A stretch of 54,236 nucleotides of DNA, filler included, from Stramenopiles sp. TOSAG23-3 (Eukaryota), in the NCBI GenBank assembly GCA_900128585.1. It is 4 parts of 4 records of this genome, joined end to end, with 100 filler letters (N's around TTAATTAATTAA, not from the genome) between each part and the next. Parts side by side here need not be neighbours in the genome. Positions count along the whole stretch, not along the records: positions 25,089 to 49,959 come from LT642297.1; 3 more parts are not named here. One strand, 5' to 3'. The position numbers were made by a program, and so were the translations under genes. Below the pieces are notes generated by a model. The model had not been told where the DNA came from. It searched no databases and saw only the letters and a list, made by a program, of their open reading frames with translations. Position 1 is the stretch's first letter; every line of letters begins with the position of its first letter. This document shows positions 36,688-46,534 of this stretch, one piece after another.

Positions 36688-39600
36688 ATGATGGGTTCGA
36701 TAGGATTGCGGAAGATACCGACGGGTTCGGTTGTATTGCTGTTGGTGTACTTGATAATACTGTCGATGGGTGCGATCATCGCTGAGGCGGCGTATGAAGA
36801 TAATTGCCACGAACACTGCATACATTGCTCCGCAGAGGACGGCGGAAAAACGTGTAAAATGTGCCGGCACAACTTATACTTGTACAACGGAACGTGCGTT
36901 TCCAAATGCCCCTCGGGCTATAAAGAAACCGCGCAGCACATCAACGGTGACCAGGGGGCTTATGGAAGAGAGCGAGGGCTTCGATGCCAAGACCATTTAT
37001 TGACTGGAAATGTTCTCGTGGCCGTTGGAGAAGACAAAATGGGGGGTGTTCCTCCTTACCCGGTAACAAATGTCGTTCAATTTGTTGTTGCCATAAATTG
37101 CGTCGCCGCTTTGAGTTCGGATGGTACAGTAAAAGCGTGGGGCAACTACTATTTGTATGGTGGGGCGCACTGCGGTGGTGTTGCGCCACCAAACCTGAAA
37201 AACGTTACACAGTTGTATGCATCAGGATTTGGTGTGTGCGCACTGCATGTGAATACGTCAGTCACGTGCTGGGGGAGTGAGGGCGGCTCCCAGAGCCAGA
37301 TGCACTGGCAATCGTCTGTCGGAACGCTGGATAAAGATTTGACTAATATAAAGCGCCTTTTCTCCACTAAATTGTGCTTCATTGCGGTGGATAATACCGA
37401 CAAAGTTGCACATTGTTGGGGAGACAATAACGGTCATTCCCCGCACGAAAACCACTGCTGTGCTGGTTTCAACGCTAGCGAAGCGATAAATGTGGATACC
37501 GTGATCACGAATGACAACGACTTTGTCGTGATAAGAAAAGACAAGACAATGTACTCATTTGGGGTTTCGTTTCAAAACGGCGACGGAGCGAGAAACTACA
37601 GAGGGTGGACGAACGTGAAAACTGTTGTCAGCGCAGCAAGAAATGGGTTCATAGCTATCTTAGAAGACGGGACCGTCGATGCGTGGGGACAACAAAACGA
37701 AAGGGTGCTAGGCACACATCGAACTCCAGTCCCAACGACGACTCAACATCAAAATCTGTTAGTAAATATTAAACACGTTTACGTAAACCAAGGCGCTTTT
37801 GTCGCGCTCAAGAACGACGGAACAATTGCGCACGCCTGGGGCAATAAAAACCATGGTGGCTGTGGTGATACAAACGAGTGCACGAGTTCAAACACAGCCC
37901 CTCCAAATTTGGGGGGTAAAAGAGTTGTTAACGTCGTGAGCACCTCCAGCGCCTTTGTCCTCATGCTCGAAGACACGGAGGTGCTTGGATTTGGCAGGTT
38001 GGGGTACGGTGGAGACGTTCCACCTAACACGAAATGTATTTCCGTCGTTGGCTCGTATTCTGCTGTGGCATGTATTCAACCGAATACAATCTTAGTTGCG
38101 TGGCCTAAGAAGGATCCCAACGACCCTTCTGGGCAAAACTACGGGGGGGATGTTACACATTATTCGCCGGCGAAAACAGTTACAGCAGTTAAGTCTGGTG
38201 GGAGTCTAGGCGACCCGAACGTACAACACTTCATTGCACTGACAACAGATAAAAAGGCAATTGCCTGGGGGCAAGACCCGAGTTCCACAATACCAGCATC
38301 ATTTACCGCGTCTGGGCAAAACCTTATCGAAGTGTTCGCATTATTGAAAGCTTACATCGCCATCAAAAACTGTTTTGGTGAGTACTATGCTGACAGCAAC
38401 AATATGTGCCAACATTGCCCGGATGGGTACTCCTCAAACGACGGAGCATCAAACGTTGGGCTCGCATCGTGTAAAGCATGCTCACCTGGATATTATCGTG
38501 TGGGCACAACGGTAACTTGCCAACCGTGTGAGAGGAGTAAGTATTCGTTAAACGAAGCATCAAAGGAATGCAATCAAAACACGCCTGGGTTTTACCTTTA
38601 TAATTGTTACGATAGCGACAATTTCATTGGGTGTGGGGCTATGAATGAGTGTGAACGAGGGAAAATGTGCAATGGCACAGGTGCGATGGTAGAGTGCCCA
38701 TTGGGTAAATACCAAGGCACGCAGGCAAACCAAAAATGCGATGATTGCCCCACGGGCAGGTTTGTTAATGTTTCGGGAGCACTGGATTGCATAAAATGTG
38801 AAAAGGGTAAAATGTCATCAACCGCGGGCGCAAGCAGTTGTAAGTTTTGCCCAGATGGTGAAGTGCCCGACGAAGAGACCCGAAGTATTTGTATTAAATG
38901 CTTGGCAGGGGAGTACATGAATATCGCTACTCGCTTATGCGACGTCTGTCCGTCCGGCCATAGCTGTAAGCGCGGGACCGTTACTCCCGAGATATGTGCC
39001 AAAGGAGAGTACGCACCATTGGGCAGTGCAGATTGTCAACGCTGTGACCTTGGGAAATTTAACCCGTTGCCTAAGCAAAGTGAATGCTTGGACTGCTTCC
39101 CTGGCAAGTATCAAGATGATAAAGGTAAGGACAGTTGCAAAGATTGTCGTGTTGATACCTTCAGTAATGCAAGAGGTAACGTCGCACCTGAAAAATGTGC
39201 AAAATGTTTGGCTGTTCGGCCGTTAACAAATACCGGTGGGAAAACCGGTGCAATTACGGAAGATTCATGCGGTTGCGAAACAGGCACGTATTTGAATCGT
39301 GACGCGGTCGAAAAATCGTCGTTGTGCGTGGAATGCCCCGTAGGAAGCTCTTGCAAGAAATTTAATAATTCGATAGCAACAATTGGAACCCAAGTTGGGT
39401 ACTGGCGGTCGTCCAAAGACTCCCTCGCATTCCATTCCTGTGAGGACTTAGTCGGCAGCGCTCATTGTTTGGGTGGCGATGCCCTCAACCAATCCCAATG
39501 CAGAGAAGGACACGAGGGGCCACTGTGTTCAGTGTGTAAAACGGGATTTATTCGACAGGGGGGCGTTTGCCAAGCCTGTGGAAACGATGAGGGCGTTACC

Positions 39601-41190
39601 GGTATTGCGATGCCTGTCGTTGGTTCGATTTTCTTGGTTCTTTTTTCTATTGCTATTTCTTATCAGTACATGACCGCGACAAAATCTGTCGGAAGGTCAA
39701 CCGTTAAGAACAGTGTGCTTGAGGAAAATCTAATGGCTGCAAGAAACAATGGTTCGAAAGTGGTTCCGCCATCGGGTGTATCTGCAAAGGGGGGTGAAAC
39801 GGAGGAAGACGAAAACCAAGAAGAAGACGCCGAAGGGGAGGAAACCCTAACAAACGACGAGAACGGAGCCGGTGACGACGATACAATTGGCGGGGTGATT
39901 ACGGATGGGGCTAAAGACACAATGAATGAAAAGGCTGAGGAAACAATGCATGATGGCGAAGAGGTTGGTGAGCTGGACGAAGAGGTGTCTTTGAATGTTA
40001 ACACCCGCAGTGTTAGCGCAAGGCTGCACGAAATCAGAGAGGCAATCGATGAATTCTATTCAAAAGTCGGTGGGTTGGCAAAAATATTTGTCAGCTTTAT
40101 TCAGATATTTACTCACTTGGCCGTAACATTTACCATTCCATGGCCAAAGGAATTCCTTGCAATGACAAACTGGCCCATTTTTAAAGTGTTAAACATAGAT
40201 TTTGCGGCTATTTTAGGGGCGGTAAATCCGTGTACAATGTATACCCCCTTTTTGCAAAGGTTTGTATACCATATTTGTTTGATGCCCATTCTCATTTTCA
40301 TTTTGCTGTTCTTCAGTATCGTCATTGGCGTTGCAGTTACCAAGTGCAAGCAAGGGGAATTGGAAAGACGGGAACGGAGGGCCATCAACCAGAAAATGTT
40401 AAAGCTCATAAACGTGATCGTGTTTTTAATGTACCCCGGACTCTCTGTGAAAATATTTTCGGTATTTAAATGTGTCGAAGTCGACAGTGGTGAATTCTTT
40501 TTAGCAAACGATATGAGCATTCAATGTTTCAAACCACTTTACAACAGCTATGCCACAGTCGCTGTCAGCTGCGTTGCATTCTACGTAATTGGAATACCCA
40601 CGTTGTCCTTGCTTGTGTTGTACAAAAATCGCAAGATCATTTCAAGCTCAGCAAAAACGCTGAAAAAAGAAAAGCTTGATAAGAGCATTGGGAATCTGTA
40701 CGCTCAGTATAAACCGAAGTACTACTGGTGGGAATGTTTGGAAATGGTGAAAAAGATGATGCTGACCGGCGGTTTGATTTTGCTGAGCCCAGGGTCATCA
40801 GCGCAAATATTGCTGGGAATTCTTGTGGTGCTGATGTATTTGTGCTTGGTGTTGAAGTATTCTCCCTACAATGAAGACGACGATGATTTCTTGCAGAACG
40901 TGGCTACGGGCGCCATACTGTTGACATTGATTGGTGGTCTTGCTTTGCGGGCGGATGATGCTGGTGAAGGGTATTACGAGAGCAAAGTAATGGGCAGCCT
41001 GTTCATTTTTATCAACGTTTCAATATTCGTGGCGTTTGCATACACTTTTGCAAGAAGTACTGCAGGAATTCGAGGGCTGATTGCTGGAAAAAAGAAACAG
41101 GGGCCTCGGGCGAGAAATAAATTGTCTTCGGTTCTTCCCGACGAGGGCAGCGGTTTTGTCACACAACCCCCGCCCTCACCAAAGCCGTGA
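36688..41190 (+). CDS. Cell-surface protein: signal peptide, RCC1/BLIP-II-like repeats, ephrin-receptor-like Cys-rich repeats and a multi-pass TM C-terminus
   Basis: Hydrophobic N-terminus, repeats such as AFVALKNDGTIAHAWG, many CxxCxxGxY repeats, GYWRSS..CREGHEGPLCSVC, and a TM region with YKPKYYWWECLEMVKK. Confidence 0.85.
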   Translation: MMGSIGLRKIPTGSVVLLLVYLIILSMGAIIAEAAYEDNCHEHCIHCSAEDGGKTCKMCRHNLYLYNGTCVSKCPSGYKETAQHINGDQGAYGRERGLRCQDHLLTGNVLVAVGEDKMGGVPPYPVTNVVQFVVAINCVAALSSDGTVKAWGNYYLYGGAHCGGVAPPNLKNVTQLYASGFGVCALHVNTSVTCWGSEGGSQSQMHWQSSVGTLDKDLTNIKRLFSTKLCFIAVDNTDKVAHCWGDNNGHSPHENHCCAGFNASEAINVDTVITNDNDFVVIRKDKTMYSFGVSFQNGDGARNYRGWTNVKTVVSAARNGFIAILEDGTVDAWGQQNERVLGTHRTPVPTTTQHQNLLVNIKHVYVNQGAFVALKNDGTIAHAWGNKNHGGCGDTNECTSSNTAPPNLGGKRVVNVVSTSSAFVLMLEDTEVLGFGRLGYGGDVPPNTKCISVVGSYSAVACIQPNTILVAWPKKDPNDPSGQNYGGDVTHYSPAKTVTAVKSGGSLGDPNVQHFIALTTDKKAIAWGQDPSSTIPASFTASGQNLIEVFALLKAYIAIKNCFGEYYADSNNMCQHCPDGYSSNDGASNVGLASCKACSPGYYRVGTTVTCQPCERSKYSLNEASKECNQNTPGFYLYNCYDSDNFIGCGAMNECERGKMCNGTGAMVECPLGKYQGTQANQKCDDCPTGRFVNVSGALDCIKCEKGKMSSTAGASSCKFCPDGEVPDEETRSICIKCLAGEYMNIATRLCDVCPSGHSCKRGTVTPEICAKGEYAPLGSADCQRCDLGKFNPLPKQSECLDCFPGKYQDDKGKDSCKDCRVDTFSNARGNVAPEKCAKCLAVRPLTNTGGKTGAITEDSCGCETGTYLNRDAVEKSSLCVECPVGSSCKKFNNSIATIGTQVGYWRSSKDSLAFHSCEDLVGSAHCLGGDALNQSQCREGHEGPLCSVCKTGFIRQGGVCQACGNDEGVTGIAMPVVGSIFLVLFSIAISYQYMTATKSVGRSTVKNSVLEENLMAARNNGSKVVPPSGVSAKGGETEEDENQEEDAEGEETLTNDENGAGDDDTIGGVITDGAKDTMNEKAEETMHDGEEVGELDEEVSLNVNTRSVSARLHEIREAIDEFYSKVGGLAKIFVSFIQIFTHLAVTFTIPWPKEFLAMTNWPIFKVLNIDFAAILGAVNPCTMYTPFLQRFVYHICLMPILIFILLFFSIVIGVAVTKCKQGELERRERRAINQKMLKLINVIVFLMYPGLSVKIFSVFKCVEVDSGEFFLANDMSIQCFKPLYNSYATVAVSCVAFYVIGIPTLSLLVLYKNRKIISSSAKTLKKEKLDKSIGNLYAQYKPKYYWWECLEMVKKMMLTGGLILLSPGSSAQILLGILVVLMYLCLVLKYSPYNEDDDDFLQNVATGAILLTLIGGLALRADDAGEGYYESKVMGSLFIFINVSIFVAFAYTFARSTAGIRGLIAGKKKQGPRARNKLSSVLPDEGSGFVTQPPPSPKP

Positions 41191-41399
41191 GGCCGAAGTA
41201 GGAGGCTGCCGCAGTGTACAATTATTCAGAGAGACCCTCGGTGGGGTTGGGTACATTTAAAAACCGTTAAAAAAAAAAAGTTTAGACATTAATTAAAAAG
41301 TCGTTAAAAAGGATTTTATCGGTACCTATCGCACAGCTCGAAGCTTTCTAATAACGTTTTTACAAGGTTGTTGCAACATCTGATTTATTTCCGAAAGTG

Positions 41400-42581
41400 T
41401 CAATTATTTCCCAAAAGCAAAGATGCATTTTTATACGCATCATGGGTAGGGCATCTCACATGCACGACGTCACCACTGCCATTCTTCGCGGAGCCCTCCC
41501 CCCATTTCTTGTAAAGTTTGTCGTAGTATTCCAGGAGGTATCTCCCTGCCATAGGAAAGTTTTCTGCTTGCAAAGCTCGTATGATTTGCCTTGACCGTTG
41601 GTTTCCAAGTCTCTTCTCCAACCCCCCCTTCGGCCTGTCTATGCAGTGGATCAAATCGTCGACACTCCCGCCACAGTAGTCCTCCACCAGCCGCAAAATA
41701 CGAAGCGATTGCTCCATTTCAAGAACAAAGGTTTTCCCATTGGAGGGCGTTGAAATCCATTGCTGAATACTCCATGGAATGCTGACTTTGCCAATGTGGT
41801 TGCCCTCGTGCTCCAACCAAATAGGCTTGGTTTTCCTCTCCCCTGTTGCTTTTTTCCGAACGTGAAGAATTTTCTCCAGCTCCATCAAAACTTGGTTTTC
41901 GAACATTTCTGTGCTCGGCTGTGGCGCTGTCTCCCCTATTCGTCCAAAGGCCGACCCTTTATGCCTGGCCAGAGTTTCCAAGCAGACAATATCTTCACCA
42001 AATTCCTTCAAATGAGATAAAATTGCGGTTTTTCCGACGCCAGTATGGCCAGCAAGGACATTTATCGGGATGATTCCTCCAAGGCGTCCATCAATGGATC
42101 CGTCGGGACCCAGCGAGGAGACGACGTGGCCTCGAAAGGATTTGTACCCGTTATGAAGTTTTCTTGATTTGTAGCCGCACAAATTTAGCAACCAGCTCAT
42201 GGACTCGGATCGCATCCCTCCTCGGGAGCAGTAGACAAAAATGTCCGTTCCATCTTCAGGCTCTGACGCGTGTTCCCTTCTCATGCATTCCAGCAGCTTT
42301 GGTAGTTTCGGCCCAACGTGAGACAGCCCAACCTGTATTGCTTCTGAGCGACCCCTTTCCTTGTATGCAATTCCTACTTGTTTCCGACAGCTATCGTCGA
42401 GCAACGGCAGCGATATGGCCCCAGGAATGTGACCTTGTGCGAACTCTGATGGCGACCGAACGTCTATCACTTTTGCATTCCTAGTCTCCAACGGGCAGCT
42501 CAAAGCTTGCAGCACAGTCGATATCTTTACCCTCGAAGCGTTGACACTAAGCCACCGAACGACGTGCCGCCCGCGCTGCAT
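41400..42581 (-). CDS. selU: tRNA 2-selenouridine/geranyl-2-thiouridine synthase (SelU/MnmH/YbbB) homologue
   Basis: Rhodanese domain (IDVRSPSEFAQGHIPGAISLPLL, VYCSRGGMRS, GYKSFR) fused to a P-loop domain (GHTGVGKT, LETLARHKGSAFG, QPSTEMFEN, YYDKLY). ATG at 42581; the track start is TTG. Confidence 0.92.
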   Translation of the reverse strand: MQRGRHVVRWLSVNASRVKISTVLQALSCPLETRNAKVIDVRSPSEFAQGHIPGAISLPLLDDSCRKQVGIAYKERGRSEAIQVGLSHVGPKLPKLLECMRREHASEPEDGTDIFVYCSRGGMRSESMSWLLNLCGYKSRKLHNGYKSFRGHVVSSLGPDGSIDGRLGGIIPINVLAGHTGVGKTAILSHLKEFGEDIVCLETLARHKGSAFGRIGETAPQPSTEMFENQVLMELEKILHVRKKATGERKTKPIWLEHEGNHIGKVSIPWSIQQWISTPSNGKTFVLEMEQSLRILRLVEDYCGGSVDDLIHCIDRPKGGLEKRLGNQRSRQIIRALQAENFPMAGRYLLEYYDKLYKKWGEGSAKNGSGDVVHVRCPTHDAYKNASLLLGNN

Positions 42582-42778
42582 TTCTCCCACTGTACGTATA
42601 AATATCTCTTCAACAATGCCGCGCAACTAAATCATTATTTCTTCCACCCAAATAAAAATGATGTTCGTGTGAAATTATTTCATATGCCCTTTTAATAATA
42701 AGTTATAAACGGTTTTGAGAATTGTATAATAGTCTTTTATAATAATTGTCGTGTATGTATATACAGTTTTGTTCTCGA

Positions 42779-43280
42779 AGAAAAAAAAAGAAGAATTAAA
42801 TATTCAGAAGAAGAATTCAGAAGAAGAAGAAAGAAGAAGAAGAAGAAAGAAGGAGGAGAGATAATAAAAAATGCGAGAAGAAGAAGAAGAAGAAGAGGCA
42901 AAACCAACACAGGACACAGTGGCACACAGGCAGATCAACAAAACAAAAAAGAAGGCACAGAAAAGAAGGAGAGAGGAGGACAATAATGAAGTCAAAGAAG
43001 AAGAAGAAGAAGAAGAAGAAGAAGAAGAAGGTGGCGCTGGAAGGAAGAAGAAAAAAAAAAAAAAAAGATCGAAAAAATTATTATTAATTACAATAATATC
43101 CAATGCTGTGATTATCTTATATACGAGGATATATTTAAATTTTATCTTTTGATGTTAATCCTATGTTATTATTATCAACATCGCCTCATCGGCCCCTTCT
43201 TCTTCTTCTTGTTTGTTGTTTTCCTTCTCTTTTTTTTTTTTTTTAAATTTATATTCTTCTTCTTCTTCTACTTTTTTTTT
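42779..43280. repeat. GAA-rich tract followed by a TTC-rich tract in a divergent intergenic region
   Basis: (GAA)n and poly-A at ~42780-43075; (TTC)n and poly-T at ~43195-43280. Confidence 0.9.
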
Positions 43281-43501
43281 AAATAAATAATATAATAATA
43301 ATAAACATAGATGTGGGTGAAGCAAGAGAGTGTATCTATACCGTTGGAACTGTCGTCTATATAGTAGTCTAATCATGTTTGACATTTGGAATTTTAAATA
43401 AGAGTTCAGATTACAAACAGATAAGGCATATCATACCTTTCCTCCAATCTCCCGATAAAGGCACACACACAACAATAGTATTAAAAATTCAGGCCCAAAC
43501 A

Positions 43502-44797
43502 ATGTCTGGAATGCTCAAGAGGAGCACTACGTTGAGTCCACAAACAACATTTGTGTACATAGTTGGAGTCTGTGGAGAATGGCAGAATGGTCGCACGACC
43601 GAAGGGGACATTGCATTGCACAACACGCTCCTTATCGCGGGTGGAATTCCCAGGGACCATATTTGCCATATAAAGGATAAAGACGCGACTCGGTCGAATG
43701 TAATAAACGGACTAAAGCGCCTTCTTAGTCGTACAGGACCAGGGGACACTTTGGAGGTCTACTTTGGCGGGCACGGGTCCAGCCAAGGCGTCGGAATGTA
43801 CGACAAAAAACTTTGGAAATACGTTGACATGGTGCGTCAAATTGAAAGACAGTTTCGGGGCGATCGGGCCGTGTTTCTTATGGACACTTGCCACGCTGGT
43901 GCATTGGGAAAACATTTGTTTGCCCGCTCAAAAATCCTACGAGTGTCCTATGCGTTCATCGGTTCAACGCAATCCGACAGCCTGGCTGGTGGAAAATGGA
44001 CGTTGACGGCCAGCCTTATCGATGCCATTCGCGGGAAAGCGGGGTTGGACCGGTACTCTGATGGTGTGATAGACTTTGCCGACTTTGTTAGCTACACTGC
44101 CGACAGGCACGCGAGGGAAAAGAAGAACCGTATTTCCGTCCAACTTTTCGGACAATTCCGGCCCAACACAGTGTTATTTACAATCCCTGACCCGCCGGCA
44201 GTTCCCCGGAGAAAGCGGTGGCCAGGGGATTCTTACACGGCCTCCGTTCGCGACCGGGCCTTCGTCAAGTATGAGGGTGGCTACGAGCAACAAAATGGTA
44301 AGCCTGTTTACATTCCACCCAACTGGTACCCCTGCACCGTGCAACGCTACGAGGCCTCGGCGTTCGCAGTGCTAAATGTAACGGATGAGTTCGGAAATAC
44401 TTGGTCGATGTCTTCCTCTCCACCTAATCTGTTGCCTGGGGACTATTTTAAGGAAGCAATTCATTCCGGTGGGAACATTACAGAATTGCTTCAGTGGTTT
44501 CGAACGCCGAGCAAAATGATTATGCAGACGGCAGGAAACATCTTTCTGGAGGCATCGTCGGATTTTGCCAATGAATTGAAGAAACCTTCAGGGGAGCGAA
44601 ACATAGGAAAAAGCGCAGCAAAGGTCGCGCTGGCCGGGACAGTCGGTGCAGTTGGGTTAGGGGTTGCCGTCGGGGCTAACATTGTTTCCAACCTTGCGAA
44701 AGAAACCCCTATGTTTGGAATGCTGAAAAGGGGCAAAGAAAGGCGAAAACGGCGGGCAAAGGCTGCCCAAAATTTCATGAAGAGCTTTTTTTCCTGA
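43502..44797 (+). CDS. Caspase-like (clan CD, peptidase C14-type) protease
   Basis: His-Cys dyad YFGGHG / FLMDTCHAG, DATRSNVINGL..GPGDTL and DRYSDGVIDFADF. ATG at 43502; the track start is TTG. Confidence 0.82.
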   Translation: MSGMLKRSTTLSPQTTFVYIVGVCGEWQNGRTTEGDIALHNTLLIAGGIPRDHICHIKDKDATRSNVINGLKRLLSRTGPGDTLEVYFGGHGSSQGVGMYDKKLWKYVDMVRQIERQFRGDRAVFLMDTCHAGALGKHLFARSKILRVSYAFIGSTQSDSLAGGKWTLTASLIDAIRGKAGLDRYSDGVIDFADFVSYTADRHAREKKNRISVQLFGQFRPNTVLFTIPDPPAVPRRKRWPGDSYTASVRDRAFVKYEGGYEQQNGKPVYIPPNWYPCTVQRYEASAFAVLNVTDEFGNTWSMSSSPPNLLPGDYFKEAIHSGGNITELLQWFRTPSKMIMQTAGNIFLEASSDFANELKKPSGERNIGKSAAKVALAGTVGAVGLGVAVGANIVSNLAKETPMFGMLKRGKERRKRRAKAAQNFMKSFFS

Positions 44798-45353
44798 AAC
44801 CAATATTGTGAAACTAATCAGGCACACAAACGTATGCGTGAAGATATATATTTATCTCTAAAATAATAAAACAAAAAGACTGAACTACCGTTCGTTGGTA
44901 CAGGAGAAAAATAATATTGCTATGAGTGATGTTGTTATAATAATAATAATATCTCTGTTCTCTGCCCCCATCCTCCTCTTTGATTAGTCCTATTGTTATA
45001 CCGTATTTATTTATAGATGATATACTAATACAACAACAACCAACTTCATCAACAAAAAGAAGAAGAAAAAAAAAGAAGCAAGAGAAAAGAAGAAGAAGAG
45101 CTGACACACGACGACGACGAAGAAAGAAAAAAAAAAAAGAAAAAAAAAAAAAAGAAGAAGAGGAAACAAAAAAATTTATTAAAAAAAAAGATTTTTAATT
45201 TAATTCTTGAAAGAACAGTAAGTTTTGTATTGTACAGATGATTATAAAAATCGACGAAGTAACTATCCACCGGCGAGAATATCAAAACGGACGTAGACAA
45301 ACTATCGGAGGCATTGGGTTGATAGAGATTCTAAGTGTATCGTTCGTTGCAGG

Positions 45354-46463
45354 ATGGTTGGCGTTGCTATTGTTGGCACAAATTGGGGCGGTAACGTCCA
45401 AACGCCAATATTTCGAGCTGCAGGCCTCAACGTCGTGGCAATATATAGTCGTAGCTTGAAAAAGGCAGAAAAGGTCGCCAAAAAGCTAGGGATAAAGCAT
45501 GCCTTTGATTCGGTAGAAAAAATGTGCGAATGCCCCGACGTGGATGTTGTGTCAATCACGTCTCCTACACATTTGCACGTGCAACATGCACTGATCGCGC
45601 TGAGAGCGGGGAAGCACGTTCTTAGCGACAAGCCAGCAGGTGCGAATGTGCCCGAGGTGGAGGAGCTGGCAAGAGAATCTAAACAGCGGCCGAACCAAAT
45701 TGCAATAATAGATCACGAAATGCGCTTTACTTCAAGTGTCCTTGCAGCTCGCAAGGCAGTATTTCAGGACAAAATTATTGGAGAACTGCGCCATTTTGAC
45801 ATGCAAATGATGATGAATTTTTTCTCGTTCGGTAAAAATCATGTTTGGTGGAACGAAAAGGAGAAGGGTGGCGGCATCCTGGGGGCCGCAGGCGTGCACT
45901 ACATTGATATGTTGCACTTTATCACCGGCCAAAAAATCACTGCTGTCAATGCAATGACAGAGACGTTTGTCAAAGAGAAGAGGATGCACCCCAAGAGTTG
46001 GAAAACAGAAGCAGACAAAACAAGGTTGATTCCCTGCACCGCCGAGGAGTATTTTTGTGCGCAGTTCCGGTGCGACGATGGAGCGCTTGGCTCGTTGAAC
46101 GTGTCTGGCGTGATGGCCGGCCAAGGAGGAGGCACAACGTTTTTTAACGGCACGAAAGGCTCCGCAAAGCTCACTTCCGACACTTTCACTGTGTTCGACT
46201 TGTCTGGAAAGGTGATTACGGAAACAAAGGATGGCCGCGTCCCAGAAGCGCTCCGGAAAGTAGCTGGTGATCATGCCGGAGCACCTGCCCTAGGAACTTT
46301 CAACATTGCAACAGCAATTAAACATCGCCTGGAGAACACGCCCAACGGTGAAAAATGTTACGATCTAGACCATGCTTGTACAATCTCCGAAGGGCTGTAC
46401 AACCAACGCGTAATCGAGGCCATCCATGTGTCCAACGAGAGGGCCCACCAATGCAGACTTTAA
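45354..46463 (+). CDS. Gfo/Idh/MocA family NAD(P)-dependent oxidoreductase
   Basis: VAIVGTNWG, DVDVVSITSP..H, ALRAGKHVLSDKP and GGGILGAAGVHYID. Confidence 0.92.
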   Translation: MVGVAIVGTNWGGNVQTPIFRAAGLNVVAIYSRSLKKAEKVAKKLGIKHAFDSVEKMCECPDVDVVSITSPTHLHVQHALIALRAGKHVLSDKPAGANVPEVEELARESKQRPNQIAIIDHEMRFTSSVLAARKAVFQDKIIGELRHFDMQMMMNFFSFGKNHVWWNEKEKGGGILGAAGVHYIDMLHFITGQKITAVNAMTETFVKEKRMHPKSWKTEADKTRLIPCTAEEYFCAQFRCDDGALGSLNVSGVMAGQGGGTTFFNGTKGSAKLTSDTFTVFDLSGKVITETKDGRVPEALRKVAGDHAGAPALGTFNIATAIKHRLENTPNGEKCYDLDHACTISEGLYNQRVIEAIHVSNERAHQCRL

Positions 46464-46534
46464 TCTTTGTAAACCACAATAAATTAATTAAAAACAATTT
46501 ATCTCACGCAAAAACAAAAACACTCCTCCTCTCA

